Below, one piece after another: positions 9,000 through 18,551 of a DNA stretch of 33,346 nt. A model generated the notes under the pieces. That model was given only the letters and a program-made list of their open reading frames with translations, made no database searches and was not told the origin of the DNA. This DNA comes from an uncultured archaeon. Lineage in GTDB: Archaea; Thermoplasmatota; Penumbrarchaeia; JASLWR01. The position numbers and the translations under genes are program-made. The DNA lies in contig CAYFHS010000030.1 in NCBI GenBank assembly GCA_964342815.1, positions 1 to 33,346 on the forward strand. The letters are read 5' to 3'. The stretch's first letter is position 1, and every line of letters begins with the position of its first letter.

Positions 9000-10328
9000 A
9001 TGGGCTCGGAAAACAGTAACGAACATGATGATATACGCGTGGGTTCCGCTGTTCGGATCATTACTGTTTTACTGGCGCTCGCGCTCATCATATCACTGTC
9101 TTCGGTAGTGTATTATTTATTCCTCGTCACATCGGTTTCCAACCTCACGGGAGAAGCGACGCTTGCGGGAACTTTCTACAACAGCAATGACCGTCGGGTT
9201 GAAGGGGTGCTGGTCCGCGTTGAAGGGACAGGTATATCCGGTTATACTGATGAAAGAGGTGATTACGAACTAAAAGGTGTTCCCGCAGGTGAGCAAACCA
9301 TTGTGTTCGAAAGAGGCGGATATCCGACCATTAAGGTCACCCAGCTGATCATTCCGGAAAATAAACTTAAAAGATACGATGTGGAAAATAACCGTCTTGA
9401 TATCCCGGACAATATCGTAGGCGGAGTTTTGGTTGACAAACCCCGACATCGATATCAATTTGATGAAAATAACTTGGAAGAGGCAAACCTGACTGCTAGG
9501 TTCCCCAAGAATCTTATTTCATATAATGCAACCGTTAGCCTTTACAATTCAACTATTATCTACCAAATAAGCGAAAACGGTGAATTTAACTTGACCGGAG
9601 TTTCACCCGGGCTCCTGCTTTTGAACATAACATTTAATGGAGAAACCGCACATGCGGTGGCATTATTGAAAGAGGGTAGTAACAATATCACCTTTAAAAG
9701 AGAACTTGACTTTTATGTGGATAGTTCCCTGGGTCCTGTGAACTCCAGTGAAGAGCTACCGCGGAAAGAAATCGGATTTAGGATCCTGGATATCGATGAG
9801 CAACCATTTCCCGAAGCAACTATTTTCATCCGGCCCCTGGTATACAATCCGATGAACATGACTATTTTGGACAATATCCCTTCTTATAAAGATGTACTGA
9901 AAAAACGAATTTTAAACTTAACTGAGAATGAAAAAATATCAATTATCGATGGGCATGTTTATAATATGGAAATTGCCGTTCCGGGTTACGTTAGCTTTTA
10001 TTTTGTCAACATGACCTACAACGGAACCGATCCAGTGAAGGCCCATCTCGAAACCAGCATCTCCCCCGTAGACTATAGATATTCTCTTTCCTGGTTCTGG
10101 ATCGTTATATTCTTCCAGGTGATTATGTCCGTCTTTATTGGTTTCAGTCTCAAAGCGGTCATATCCCGTGGAAAATTCGGACGCGTTATGACAGGGTGCA
10201 TTGCGGCCTTCGCCTCCAGCGCTTCATTACCACTGGCGGCCCTGATCATGCCTGTGGCCCACAACTGGATCCTTGGAGTGGCGGCTTTCGTTCTTCTCCT
10301 GATCAACAAAAAGAAGTTTTCCAAATAA
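9000..10328 (+). CDS. Membrane protein: N-terminal TM, carboxypeptidase-regulatory-like/Ig-like extracellular domains, C-terminal TM bundle
   Basis: Hydrophobic N-terminal helix, G.LV.VEGT...TDE.G.Y.L.GVPAG pattern, many N-x-S/T sequons, about 3 C-terminal TM segments. Confidence 0.7.
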   Translation: MGSENSNEHDDIRVGSAVRIITVLLALALIISLSSVVYYLFLVTSVSNLTGEATLAGTFYNSNDRRVEGVLVRVEGTGISGYTDERGDYELKGVPAGEQTIVFERGGYPTIKVTQLIIPENKLKRYDVENNRLDIPDNIVGGVLVDKPRHRYQFDENNLEEANLTARFPKNLISYNATVSLYNSTIIYQISENGEFNLTGVSPGLLLLNITFNGETAHAVALLKEGSNNITFKRELDFYVDSSLGPVNSSEELPRKEIGFRILDIDEQPFPEATIFIRPLVYNPMNMTILDNIPSYKDVLKKRILNLTENEKISIIDGHVYNMEIAVPGYVSFYFVNMTYNGTDPVKAHLETSISPVDYRYSLSWFWIVIFFQVIMSVFIGFSLKAVISRGKFGRVMTGCIAAFASSASLPLAALIMPVAHNWILGVAAFVLLLINKKKFSK

Positions 10329-10352
10329 TAGTCCGGATCGTGGGGAAAATCA

Positions 10353-11555
10353 GTGTCAGAAAATTCCAAGGGCGGGTCAGCACGAAATCCGAGAAAACCT
10401 GCAGTTAGATTCCTATTTTTTATAGTGATATTTCTCATCATCACTGCGATCTATGTTGCTTTTCATCTGTTCATCGCATGGATATTTATTATGACATTTT
10501 CGCTCAAAGGTGATTCTTCGAGTCTGATATACATCACCTCGGTATTTATCGGTCTCTTCACCATTATCGCTCAGATCGTATCACATTTCTACCATAGACG
10601 CCCTGTATTTCCAATATATCTTTTGTCCTCATTGCTAATTGGTATGACCCTGTATGCTTTCCTTACTTCCTTGGCCGTAGGATTGATACTGATACCGTGT
10701 CATATTACCGGTATATGGAGCAATTGGACATATCTTCCTTATGTATTACGCGGCATACTTGCAGGCGGGATAATAATACCTGTGCTTGCCGGCCTGGTGA
10801 ACGCTCGATCTCTAAGAATAAGACGAATTGAAATTCCAATGAAAAACCTCCACAGTGAACCGGTAAAAGTTGTATTTGTCAGCGACCTCCATCTGGGATT
10901 ACTTGTGGGTCGACGGAGACTTGAGAGGATCATTTCAGCACTTATGTCCGAAAGACCTGACCTCGTGTTGATCGGAGGAGACCTATACGATACCAGACCC
11001 AGGAACATAGCTCAGCTAACGGAGATTCTTAAACGGATCCCCATTATTGCACCCACTTACGCTGTTACCGGAAATCACGAATTCATAAACGGGATCGACG
11101 AATGCGTAAGCAGCATGAAAGAGATCGGTTTCAATGTACTTCGAGGTAGGGCCGTGATGGATAAAAAAACCGATATTCAAATTATTGGGGTGGATGACTC
11201 TTCGGGTCAATCGCCTTTCACATCAACAGGGTATTCTCTCAATAAACTCATGGCCGAGCTCGATCCTGGAAAACCCATTATCTTTCTCAACCATTCCCCT
11301 CTGGATTTTTTAAAGGTCAGGAAACTGGGAATCTCGCTGGAATTGAGCGGCCACACTCACGGCGGACAGCTTTGGCCATTAGGCTACATTACGAGATTGA
11401 TCTACAAAGACGGGGATCGGGGACTTATCACCAGGGGCAGTTCGCACCTTTATGTAAGCACGGGAGCGGGCACTTGGGGGCCGCCCCTGAGATTGGGTAC
11501 ATCTTCCGAGATATCTATATTGAATTTGATTTCTTGCAAGAAAGAAAAGAAATAA
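10353..11555 (+). CDS. Membrane-anchored metallophosphoesterase (YkuE/YaeI-like)
   Basis: About 4 N-terminal TMs, then SDLH, GGDLYD, GNHE, NHSP and GHTHGG calcineurin-like motifs. Confidence 0.92.
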   Translation: MSENSKGGSARNPRKPAVRFLFFIVIFLIITAIYVAFHLFIAWIFIMTFSLKGDSSSLIYITSVFIGLFTIIAQIVSHFYHRRPVFPIYLLSSLLIGMTLYAFLTSLAVGLILIPCHITGIWSNWTYLPYVLRGILAGGIIIPVLAGLVNARSLRIRRIEIPMKNLHSEPVKVVFVSDLHLGLLVGRRRLERIISALMSERPDLVLIGGDLYDTRPRNIAQLTEILKRIPIIAPTYAVTGNHEFINGIDECVSSMKEIGFNVLRGRAVMDKKTDIQIIGVDDSSGQSPFTSTGYSLNKLMAELDPGKPIIFLNHSPLDFLKVRKLGISLELSGHTHGGQLWPLGYITRLIYKDGDRGLITRGSSHLYVSTGAGTWGPPLRLGTSSEISILNLISCKKEKK

Positions 11556-11573
11556 ATTAAATCCATTAAGTGG

Positions 11574-13025
11574 GTGTCTGTGACTGCTATGTTAACCATC
11601 GTTTGGATGATGATGAAGGAAGAATTGCGCTTCCATACCAATTTCGCCTCAAAGGTGAGTTTTTTTCTATTTCCCATAGCGGCGGTACTTGGGGGTACTG
11701 TGGCCCCTATGGGATTACTTAATATTAGTTCCGACATCTCCTTCACCCAGCTAACCCTGTACATCCACATGGGTATATTCTTTTACGGTTTCTCCGTTGC
11801 GAGCATTACATTTTTCGGGAGAGAATATATCGAAAGGCAGTTCGGCCATGTCAATTTTCTCCTATCCACTCCGAAGAATCTGCCCTGGAGTTTTAAAAAA
11901 GCTTATGCGGCCTATTTCATTCACGACATTGGATTCTACCTTGGAATTACCCTTCTACCCCTAACCTTGGGCGGTCTCATTTCCTCATTCTTTATAGACG
12001 TGCATTACACCTATGTCCTGTTTTTCGCACTTGCGCTGTTTCTGTCTTTCAACCTCGGCATGGCCCTTTCATTCTTCTCCGCCGCAATATACTCCAGGGG
12101 AAGGAATGCTTTCGCCATCTATTTCGTACTACTGCTTGGAACAATGATCGCCAATCTCTATTACTTTGGCGAGGAACCCTTATATTTGATACCTTCGCAC
12201 AGTTTTCTCCTTCACGGTTCAATATGGCTTCTTGGTCTTACTATTTGCTATATTCTAGCGCTGTTCGGAATGGCATTGCTGTTTATCCAGGAACATTTGG
12301 AGATCAGGAACCGAGCGTTTACAACTGAACTTAGTTCTTTGATCCGGACCTTTCGAAGAGTCGGGAAATATTCAATCTTTCTCGCTAAAGAATGGTTGGA
12401 TCTCAAAAGGTCGAGAACAATATCGAAAATGCTCTTTTCCACAGTTATGCCAATGATTGTGATCACCGGGCTCTCATGGTTCATTGAAAGGGGGTTCAGC
12501 ATCTCGCTGGGCTTCAACATAATTTTTTACTCCGCCATGATAGGTTACTTCCAGGTCATCACATACAGTTGGCTTAATAATACCGATTCCGTTGACTACT
12601 ATGATTCGCTACCTGTAACGGTCTCCCAGGTCATTAAGACAAAAATACTGGTATGCGTTAGCATTGCTTCATGTATTTCCATCTTATTCGTAATACTCAT
12701 GTCGATCATGCTGAATCAGGCTCTTCTGCTTCTGCTGGCGCTTCCCGTTATGGTTGTAAATATATTCTATATTGTTACCGTTACCGCATATTTGACGGGG
12801 CTCCGGACGAACTCGGCTCTGTTTGATGTCAAGATACTTTCCAAGTTTAGCGCGTTCTCCATGATCCCACTCCTGTTCATTATGGTACAATCCAGACTCA
12901 TCTCGGATCACATGACCATCACCACTGTGACCATCGTCGGCATGTGTGTCATCATGGTAGGTGTGATTGTTCTCCTGTATAGAGGTATCGATCGCAAGTG
13001 GTCCGGAGTAGGGTTCATTTCATAG
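11574..13025 (+). CDS. Polytopic membrane protein, internally duplicated ABC-2-permease-like (start may be ATG 11589)
   Basis: About 12 hydrophobic segments in two halves, each opening with a xxKE motif (MMKEELR / LAKEWLD). Confidence 0.7.
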   Translation: MSVTAMLTIVWMMMKEELRFHTNFASKVSFFLFPIAAVLGGTVAPMGLLNISSDISFTQLTLYIHMGIFFYGFSVASITFFGREYIERQFGHVNFLLSTPKNLPWSFKKAYAAYFIHDIGFYLGITLLPLTLGGLISSFFIDVHYTYVLFFALALFLSFNLGMALSFFSAAIYSRGRNAFAIYFVLLLGTMIANLYYFGEEPLYLIPSHSFLLHGSIWLLGLTICYILALFGMALLFIQEHLEIRNRAFTTELSSLIRTFRRVGKYSIFLAKEWLDLKRSRTISKMLFSTVMPMIVITGLSWFIERGFSISLGFNIIFYSAMIGYFQVITYSWLNNTDSVDYYDSLPVTVSQVIKTKILVCVSIASCISILFVILMSIMLNQALLLLLALPVMVVNIFYIVTVTAYLTGLRTNSALFDVKILSKFSAFSMIPLLFIMVQSRLISDHMTITTVTIVGMCVIMVGVIVLLYRGIDRKWSGVGFIS

Positions 13026-13230
13026 TGATGTGTTGATAGTTTTAAATATGGAGATACCTTTATCCGGCACCATCCAAGAGATTCCGATATTTATGTCCTG
13101 GTATAGTACCCTCGATCCTATAGTATAGTGCGGGTGCATTTCCACCTCTTTGTCGTGCAGAGAATGGTAAACGGTAACCAAAACAGACATTTTTAATCGG
13201 ATTATCTATCCATCAAGGCAGTGGTTCGAT

Positions 13231-14352
13231 TTGATAAAAGAACGTCCAACATGGAAAATCAGGGAAAAGGAACACATCTCCCTTCATCCGAGGCTTGAGG
13301 AAAAGGTTATCGTTATCGGAGTGGGAGAAAAGGGTAGGGATGCTCTTGAGGAATTGAGGATGACCAAGGAAAATCCATTCACATCAACTTTCCAATATGT
13401 CAAAGCGCCAGGTTCAGCTCGTGGCAAAAAAAAACGGATGGATGATTCGGAACCGAATAAGGAATCCAGGTTCCGCCGTGATAATAATCCTATGGAAACG
13501 GCAGTTATCGATAATGAAAAAAATCTTGAATACAGTATGTCAAACTTATTTCCGGAAAATGATGAGATGATAGGGGACTCCCTTGAAACGAACACCGAAA
13601 ACTGGTTGGATCGCGCGCTTCTGGGAAGGAATCCGGCCTACACCAGGCTGAGGAACTTTGAACGGGACAAGGTAAAATGGGCAATGGATATGGTGAAAAA
13701 TTACGATACGTTGTTCATCCTGAGCGATCTTATGGACGAATCACTGGACATCTGTCTCCTTCTGGATGCCCTGGGTAACAAGACGGGGCGACGGGTCATA
13801 ATGTTCCTGATCCAATCGGATAGATACAAGGATATCTGGAATGTACAATTCCTCAATAAAAGGATACAGGAAGTGGCCATGTGTGCGGCGGGAACAATGA
13901 TAACCCCGCCAACAAAGTTTATAAATCTTCGCGGGTTACCCGAGATACTCCTGGCCTTATACGGAATGATACAATCCGCAAGTACGGTGAACATAGATCT
14001 TGCCGACATCAGGAACATAACCGGTTTCGGAAACATAGGAATGATGGGTGTTGGCCGAGGCGGGGGGTCTAACCGCACGAGAGAAGCGGTTAGAAAAGCG
14101 CTTTCCCACCCCATGCTGGATATCGACCTCGATGGTATCGAACGCGCCATCGTGCATGTGAACGGTGGTGAGGATATGACCATCGAAGAGGCCGAGAGCG
14201 CTTCCTATTACATATCAAAAAAGATACGTGAGGGAGCAAAGATCATCTGGGGAGCCAATGTTACCCCCGAGTTGAATGAACAGATCGAGATCGTCCTTCT
14301 CGTGGGTCTGACACCACACCAAGCACTGCTCCATCACTATGCTGGTACATGA
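13231..14352 (+). CDS. Divergent FtsZ paralogue with degenerate GTP-binding domain and conserved C-terminal domain
   Basis: C-terminal half matches archaeal FtsZ (VNIDLADIR, ALSHPMLDIDLDG, GGEDMTIEEA, IIWGA). N-terminal VIGVGEKG replaces VVGxGGAG, and there is no GGGTGTG signature. Confidence 0.85.
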   Translation: MIKERPTWKIREKEHISLHPRLEEKVIVIGVGEKGRDALEELRMTKENPFTSTFQYVKAPGSARGKKKRMDDSEPNKESRFRRDNNPMETAVIDNEKNLEYSMSNLFPENDEMIGDSLETNTENWLDRALLGRNPAYTRLRNFERDKVKWAMDMVKNYDTLFILSDLMDESLDICLLLDALGNKTGRRVIMFLIQSDRYKDIWNVQFLNKRIQEVAMCAAGTMITPPTKFINLRGLPEILLALYGMIQSASTVNIDLADIRNITGFGNIGMMGVGRGGGSNRTREAVRKALSHPMLDIDLDGIERAIVHVNGGEDMTIEEAESASYYISKKIREGAKIIWGANVTPELNEQIEIVLLVGLTPHQALLHHYAGT

Positions 14353-14380
14353 AAAAACATAATTACGGGAGATCATTGAT

Positions 14381-15628
14381 ATGAGACGAGCTACGGAAAA
14401 GGGGCTTATGATATCTTTTATCGGTTTCTTTGCCCAGATTTTTTTTCAATTTATTAGCCTATCGTATATGCAGTACCTATGCTGTCTTCAATTCACCGAC
14501 CTATTGATTCTGGTTGGCATCCTTTTTATTTACATGGGTAGGTTCGAATTCTCACAGAAACACCAGGACATGGCAAAATATTCCATAATTCTATTCATCG
14601 TTGTACAGATCGGGTTGTTCGCGCTGCCCTTCCTGGAGAGCAGCCCGGAAATTACCGCGGCCTCCAACGGTCTGAGGATCGCACTGGTTTTCCTAATCAA
14701 CCTGATGCTGATCTACCACATCACAAGTGAAAAAGGTAGGAACATACTCAAGGGTGCATTGGTCCTGGGGATAATTGGAGCCATTATTTTCGCGGTTCTT
14801 ATTATACCAATACTACAGGATGACGCTAGTGTCGACGAGGAAATGAAGGACCTGTTGGGCAAGGATGAAACCGTTGAAGTGCTTTTAGCGCCCAGCATCG
14901 CAAAGGAAGATTTCAAAGAGAATATCACGGAACTGAATGACAATAATATCCTTAGTTATGAGAATATATCGAGTAATTATGAAAAATGGAGGTTGAGTAT
15001 CGCAGAACTGAAGGTTGAAGGGGATAAATATTATGTGGATACGTCCCAGTATTACTCATATTTATATTTCGATGGAGGGAATGCGACCCCGGAGGACGTA
15101 GCAAACCTAAACGGGACAATAAACGATATATTGGGTGAGCTGAATGGATTGATAAAACAGCCGGACGATGAAATCACAATAATGTACAATAAAACACAGT
15201 ATCTGCAAAACAACATTACAATAAATCTCCATCGGATAAATAAAAATAATGAAAATATCGATAAAAAATCCACCGCCATCATTTTAATAGACAAAAGGTT
15301 GGACAATATTATGGAGCAGAACAAATACAAGCTCATCATAGTTCTTCCAACCCTTCTTTTCGGGATAATTTATTTCAGGACGCATAAAGCCGTAAAGGAA
15401 GAATTAAACAGACAGGAAGCTGAGATGAAAAAGAAGTTACTCAGTGAAGTTTCCGAAGAGGAAGAAGAAGATGAGGAGGAGGAAGACGATGACGAGGTTG
15501 AAGAAGAGAGAGTGCAGGAGATATCCAAAGAAAAGGAGATAAAAAGGAAGAAAACTCCTCCAAAGGGCAAGAAGAAAGGGGCCAAGATAATGGACCTTGA
15601 CGAGATCAGGAAAAAATATAACAAATAG
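14381..15628 (+). CDS. Hypothetical membrane protein (about 4 N-terminal TMs, large helical loop, 1 further TM, acidic then basic tail)
   Basis: Hydrophobic pattern, an E/D run and a K-rich tail; GGAG RBS; 28 bp after the FtsZ-like stop. Confidence 0.75.
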   Translation: MRRATEKGLMISFIGFFAQIFFQFISLSYMQYLCCLQFTDLLILVGILFIYMGRFEFSQKHQDMAKYSIILFIVVQIGLFALPFLESSPEITAASNGLRIALVFLINLMLIYHITSEKGRNILKGALVLGIIGAIIFAVLIIPILQDDASVDEEMKDLLGKDETVEVLLAPSIAKEDFKENITELNDNNILSYENISSNYEKWRLSIAELKVEGDKYYVDTSQYYSYLYFDGGNATPEDVANLNGTINDILGELNGLIKQPDDEITIMYNKTQYLQNNITINLHRINKNNENIDKKSTAIILIDKRLDNIMEQNKYKLIIVLPTLLFGIIYFRTHKAVKEELNRQEAEMKKKLLSEVSEEEEEDEEEEDDDEVEEERVQEISKEKEIKRKKTPPKGKKKGAKIMDLDEIRKKYNK

Positions 15629-15638
15629 GGGTGAACGG

Positions 15639-16568
15639 ATGGTAAGGCATCTTATTTCGATTCTGGATGTTGCGGACAAGATCACAGAGCTGCTGGACCT
15701 GGCGCTGGAGATAAAGGAAAAAACGAGAAACGGCGAGAGATATAAACCCATGGAAGGGCAGTCACTAGGAATGATATTCGAAAAGCCTTCCACCCGGACG
15801 AGGCTCTCCTTCGAGGTTGGTGCAGCACAATTAGGGGCCCAGGCCATCTACATGAGCAGGAACGACCTGCAGCTGGGGCGTGGAGAGACGGTATCGGATA
15901 CGGCGAGAGTAATGTCGCGATACCTGGATATAATCATGTACCGTGCATTCGACCATGAAAATGTTGTTAAACTGGCCGAGAACTCTACCGTGCCGGTGAT
16001 CAATGCACTTGACGACCTGGAACACCCCTGCCAGGCTCTGGCAGATCTTCTCACAATTTATGAGAAGAAGATCATGTTCCGAAATATCAAACTGGCCTTC
16101 ATAGGTGACGGGAACAATGTCTGCAACTCCCTTCTTCTGGGTGCGGCTGCAGTGGGGCTGGACATATCCGTGGCAACCCCGCCCGACCATGGTCCAAATG
16201 AAAAATTATTAAATGAAGCAAGAAAGATAGCGGAGAGAACCCATGCCGAGATACAGCTTACTGATTCACCCAAAGAAGCCGTCAAAGATGCAGACGTCGT
16301 ATATACCGATACCTGGGTATCCATGGGAGACGAGAAGGAGTCCGCTGGAAGATTATCCACCTTCGCTCCATACCAGATTAATGCGAAGATGGTTGGTCTC
16401 GCGGATGACGAGTACATATTCATGCACTGTTTACCGGCCCACCGGGGGCAGGAGGTCACCGACGAGGTGATTGACTCAATAAATTCTGTGGTATTCGATC
16501 AGGCCGAAAACAGGCTGCACGTGCAAAAGGCCATTATGGCATACCTGCTTGGACTGGTTGATATCTAG
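15639..16568 (+). CDS. argF: Ornithine carbamoyltransferase
   Basis: FEKPSTRTR, HPCQALAD, GDGNNV, YTDTWVSMG, FMHCLP. Start reassigned to ATG 15639 behind GGGGTGA. Confidence 0.96.
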   Translation: MVRHLISILDVADKITELLDLALEIKEKTRNGERYKPMEGQSLGMIFEKPSTRTRLSFEVGAAQLGAQAIYMSRNDLQLGRGETVSDTARVMSRYLDIIMYRAFDHENVVKLAENSTVPVINALDDLEHPCQALADLLTIYEKKIMFRNIKLAFIGDGNNVCNSLLLGAAAVGLDISVATPPDHGPNEKLLNEARKIAERTHAEIQLTDSPKEAVKDADVVYTDTWVSMGDEKESAGRLSTFAPYQINAKMVGLADDEYIFMHCLPAHRGQEVTDEVIDSINSVVFDQAENRLHVQKAIMAYLLGLVDI

Positions 16569-16597
16569 GAAATTTCAGATTTTTTTTCCCATAAGGA

Positions 16598-16812
16598 TTA
16601 ATCCAGGGTAATTTCTTACGTTTAGTTTTCCTCCTTTCCAGCCAGATCCATGGTAAGTTCTTCCTTGCCATTTTCCTATTTGGCAGCCATATCCTCGGTA
16701 GGTTCTTCCTTCTCGTCTTCAACCGTACCGGCCTCGTCAAGGGTTGGTTCTTCTTTCCCGTTTTCGTCCTTACCATCCTTATCCTTGGTAGGTTCATCCT
16801 TCTTCGGAAGGA
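16598..16812 (-). repeat. Degenerate coding repeat (K/D)EEPTxD, five copies, the last two lying beyond the archaeosortase stop codon
   Basis: In-frame translation: KDEPTKD..KEEPTLD..KEEPTED.AAK*ENGKEELTMD.AGKEEN*T*EITLD*. Confidence 0.7.
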
Positions 16813-17698
16813 CCAGTTCACCTTTGATTATCTTACCCTTATCCCTTTTGTGAAGGTCGAACAACGTAAACAGATTATCAAGAGCCTCCGGGAGAAGCTT
16901 GAACGTATAGATCACGATTCCTATAAGAACGAGAAATGAAAAACCCTTTCCCACCCAATTATGTGCGAAATCGAAGGCTTTATCTGTGATACCCAGAGTG
17001 ATATTACGTTCAGTCAAAAATATTATAGCAATATTACGGAACTGGTTGGCTACGTATATCACCGGGACTGTGATCAAAAATCCGTAGAACTTTCTTCTGG
17101 CATCCGCCTTTAAGAAGATATTGAAAACAGCGAAGAGGATCATTGCCTGAATGCCCGTGCAGGCGAGGATTATGGCGATACCACTACCGTTAAGAGGAAC
17201 ACTTGGACCAACATCAGCTTTGTAAATGATAGTTCCCAGATCAATTGGTACACCTTTCGGTTCATATCCCATCCAGTTCATAATCTTCATGGTCTGCCAT
17301 GCAGTGACATATACGATATATCCTCCCACAATCTGGACCCGCTCGATCATGAGATATAGAAAAGCGGTCAGTGCCGTCCCCTTAGCAGCCCAGTGCATAG
17401 CCGTGAGATATTCATGCCGCTTATGGTTAATGTACTCGTGATAGGCGAGATATCCGAAAACACCGATCCCCATCACCGTAAATATAGCATTGGTTGGATT
17501 TTTCTCCCAGGTGAGATATAGGACCGACCAGAATCCCCAGTACAGAGCATAAACCACATAACCGCACATCACGAGACCGTGCCGGATTCGGGGCCTGAAA
17601 AGATATCCGAGACCCATGCTCACAAGCCCTGCAAAAAGCCCAGCGTCCAATAGCCCTAGAAACGTAGAATACTGCAATTTATCGTTCCATCCATTCAT
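16676..17698 (-). CDS. artA: Archaeosortase A-like membrane transpeptidase with acidic C-terminal tail
   Basis: Multi-TM protein with IILACTGIQ (Cys), NQFRN (Arg) and AHN motifs of the exo/archaeosortase family. Confidence 0.88.
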   Translation of the reverse strand: MNGWNDKLQYSTFLGLLDAGLFAGLVSMGLGYLFRPRIRHGLVMCGYVVYALYWGFWSVLYLTWEKNPTNAIFTVMGIGVFGYLAYHEYINHKRHEYLTAMHWAAKGTALTAFLYLMIERVQIVGGYIVYVTAWQTMKIMNWMGYEPKGVPIDLGTIIYKADVGPSVPLNGSGIAIILACTGIQAMILFAVFNIFLKADARRKFYGFLITVPVIYVANQFRNIAIIFLTERNITLGITDKAFDFAHNWVGKGFSFLVLIGIVIYTFKLLPEALDNLFTLFDLHKRDKGKIIKGELVLPKKDEPTKDKDGKDENGKEEPTLDEAGTVEDEKEEPTEDMAAK

Positions 17699-17710
17699 TC
17701 TTATTAATTA

Positions 17711-17866
17711 TTAAAAAACTCCGGCCAAGGCGAGGACGAATACGATACCCCCCACGGTCAGGCTCAACATGGCGCCGATAAGCGCGGCAGTTACGAACAT
17801 ATGGAACTTTCTCGCTTTTTTCGGATCGGACAACCACTTTGAGATCACAGGATCGGGGTGATTCAT
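17711..17866 (-). CDS. Small (51 aa) membrane protein
   Basis: ATG 17866 behind GAGGA; C-terminal hydrophobic stretch; packed between atpD and artA. Confidence 0.65.
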   Translation of the reverse strand: MNHPDPVISKWLSDPKKARKFHMFVTAALIGAMLSLTVGGIVFVLALAGVF

Positions 17867-17876
17867 CAGGCATTCC

Positions 17877-18551
17877 TCATACCAGGCTCTCACCTAACAA
17901 TCTTTCTTCCTCCGCCCTCTGCCGCTCCATTATACTTTTAATCTTCTTTCTGCGGAAGAAATCTTCCCGCTCCCTCTCCTGAAGTCTCATTTCGATGTAC
18001 TTTTGGGTGGCCTTCAAGCGCGGTAGAAAAATATATTCGAGAGCGTTCACCCTGCGCTTTGTCTTTTCGATCTCAACCGCCAGCCTCTCGATGGATCCTT
18101 CGATCTCGGCCAGGTGAAATAGGTTTCCCATCACCTTGTTGAAATCATCAACAGCCTCATCCATGTATGCATTTGTATCAATAAGCGAATAATTTATCCC
18201 AAATCGATCCCCCGGGTTCCAGGCGAGTTTCGGTACCTTTACGCCCATGATATTAAGATGATTCAAGTTGATCCCCTCGAGAGGAGGGATCCCTTTCAAT
18301 GCCTCATTGAGGGAGTTCTCTCCCATTGTCATTTTCACTTTGGAAAGGGAAAGATACGAATCGGCTAGATCGGCGTTAACACTACGCCGTACCTTTGCTC
18401 TTTCCTTTATGATCTTCAAGAATTCCACCACGAGGGCGTCCCTTTTCTCACCCAGGAGTTTATGACCCTTTTCGGCCAACGCGGTCTTTTTCCTGAGCTT
18501 TAAGAGTTCCATTCGCGTGGGTTTTATGTTCTCCATAACCTCCGACGCCAT
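17877..18551 (-). CDS. atpD: A/V-type ATP synthase subunit D
   Basis: PTRMELLKL, GHKLL..KRDAL, MGVKVP, EIEKTKRRVNALE, LQEREREDFFRRK. Confidence 0.96.
   Translation of the reverse strand: MASEVMENIKPTRMELLKLRKKTALAEKGHKLLGEKRDALVVEFLKIIKERAKVRRSVNADLADSYLSLSKVKMTMGENSLNEALKGIPPLEGINLNHLNIMGVKVPKLAWNPGDRFGINYSLIDTNAYMDEAVDDFNKVMGNLFHLAEIEGSIERLAVEIEKTKRRVNALEYIFLPRLKATQKYIEMRLQEREREDFFRRKKIKSIMERQRAEEERLLGESLV

Noticed and set aside
13026-13230. Possible tRNA or ncRNA in this and other intergenic gaps
   Set aside because: No cloverleaf, T-loop (GTTCRA) context or other recognisable RNA family signature was seen.
13231-14352. Calling this gene canonical ftsZ, or a pseudogene
   Set aside because: The GGGTGTG signature is absent, so it is not canonical; the frame is intact with a conserved C-terminal domain, so it is not a pseudogene.
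16534-16821. 95-aa minus-strand ORF with KNLPxIWL repeats
   Set aside because: Alternate-frame reading of the archaeosortase EEPTxD tail repeat.
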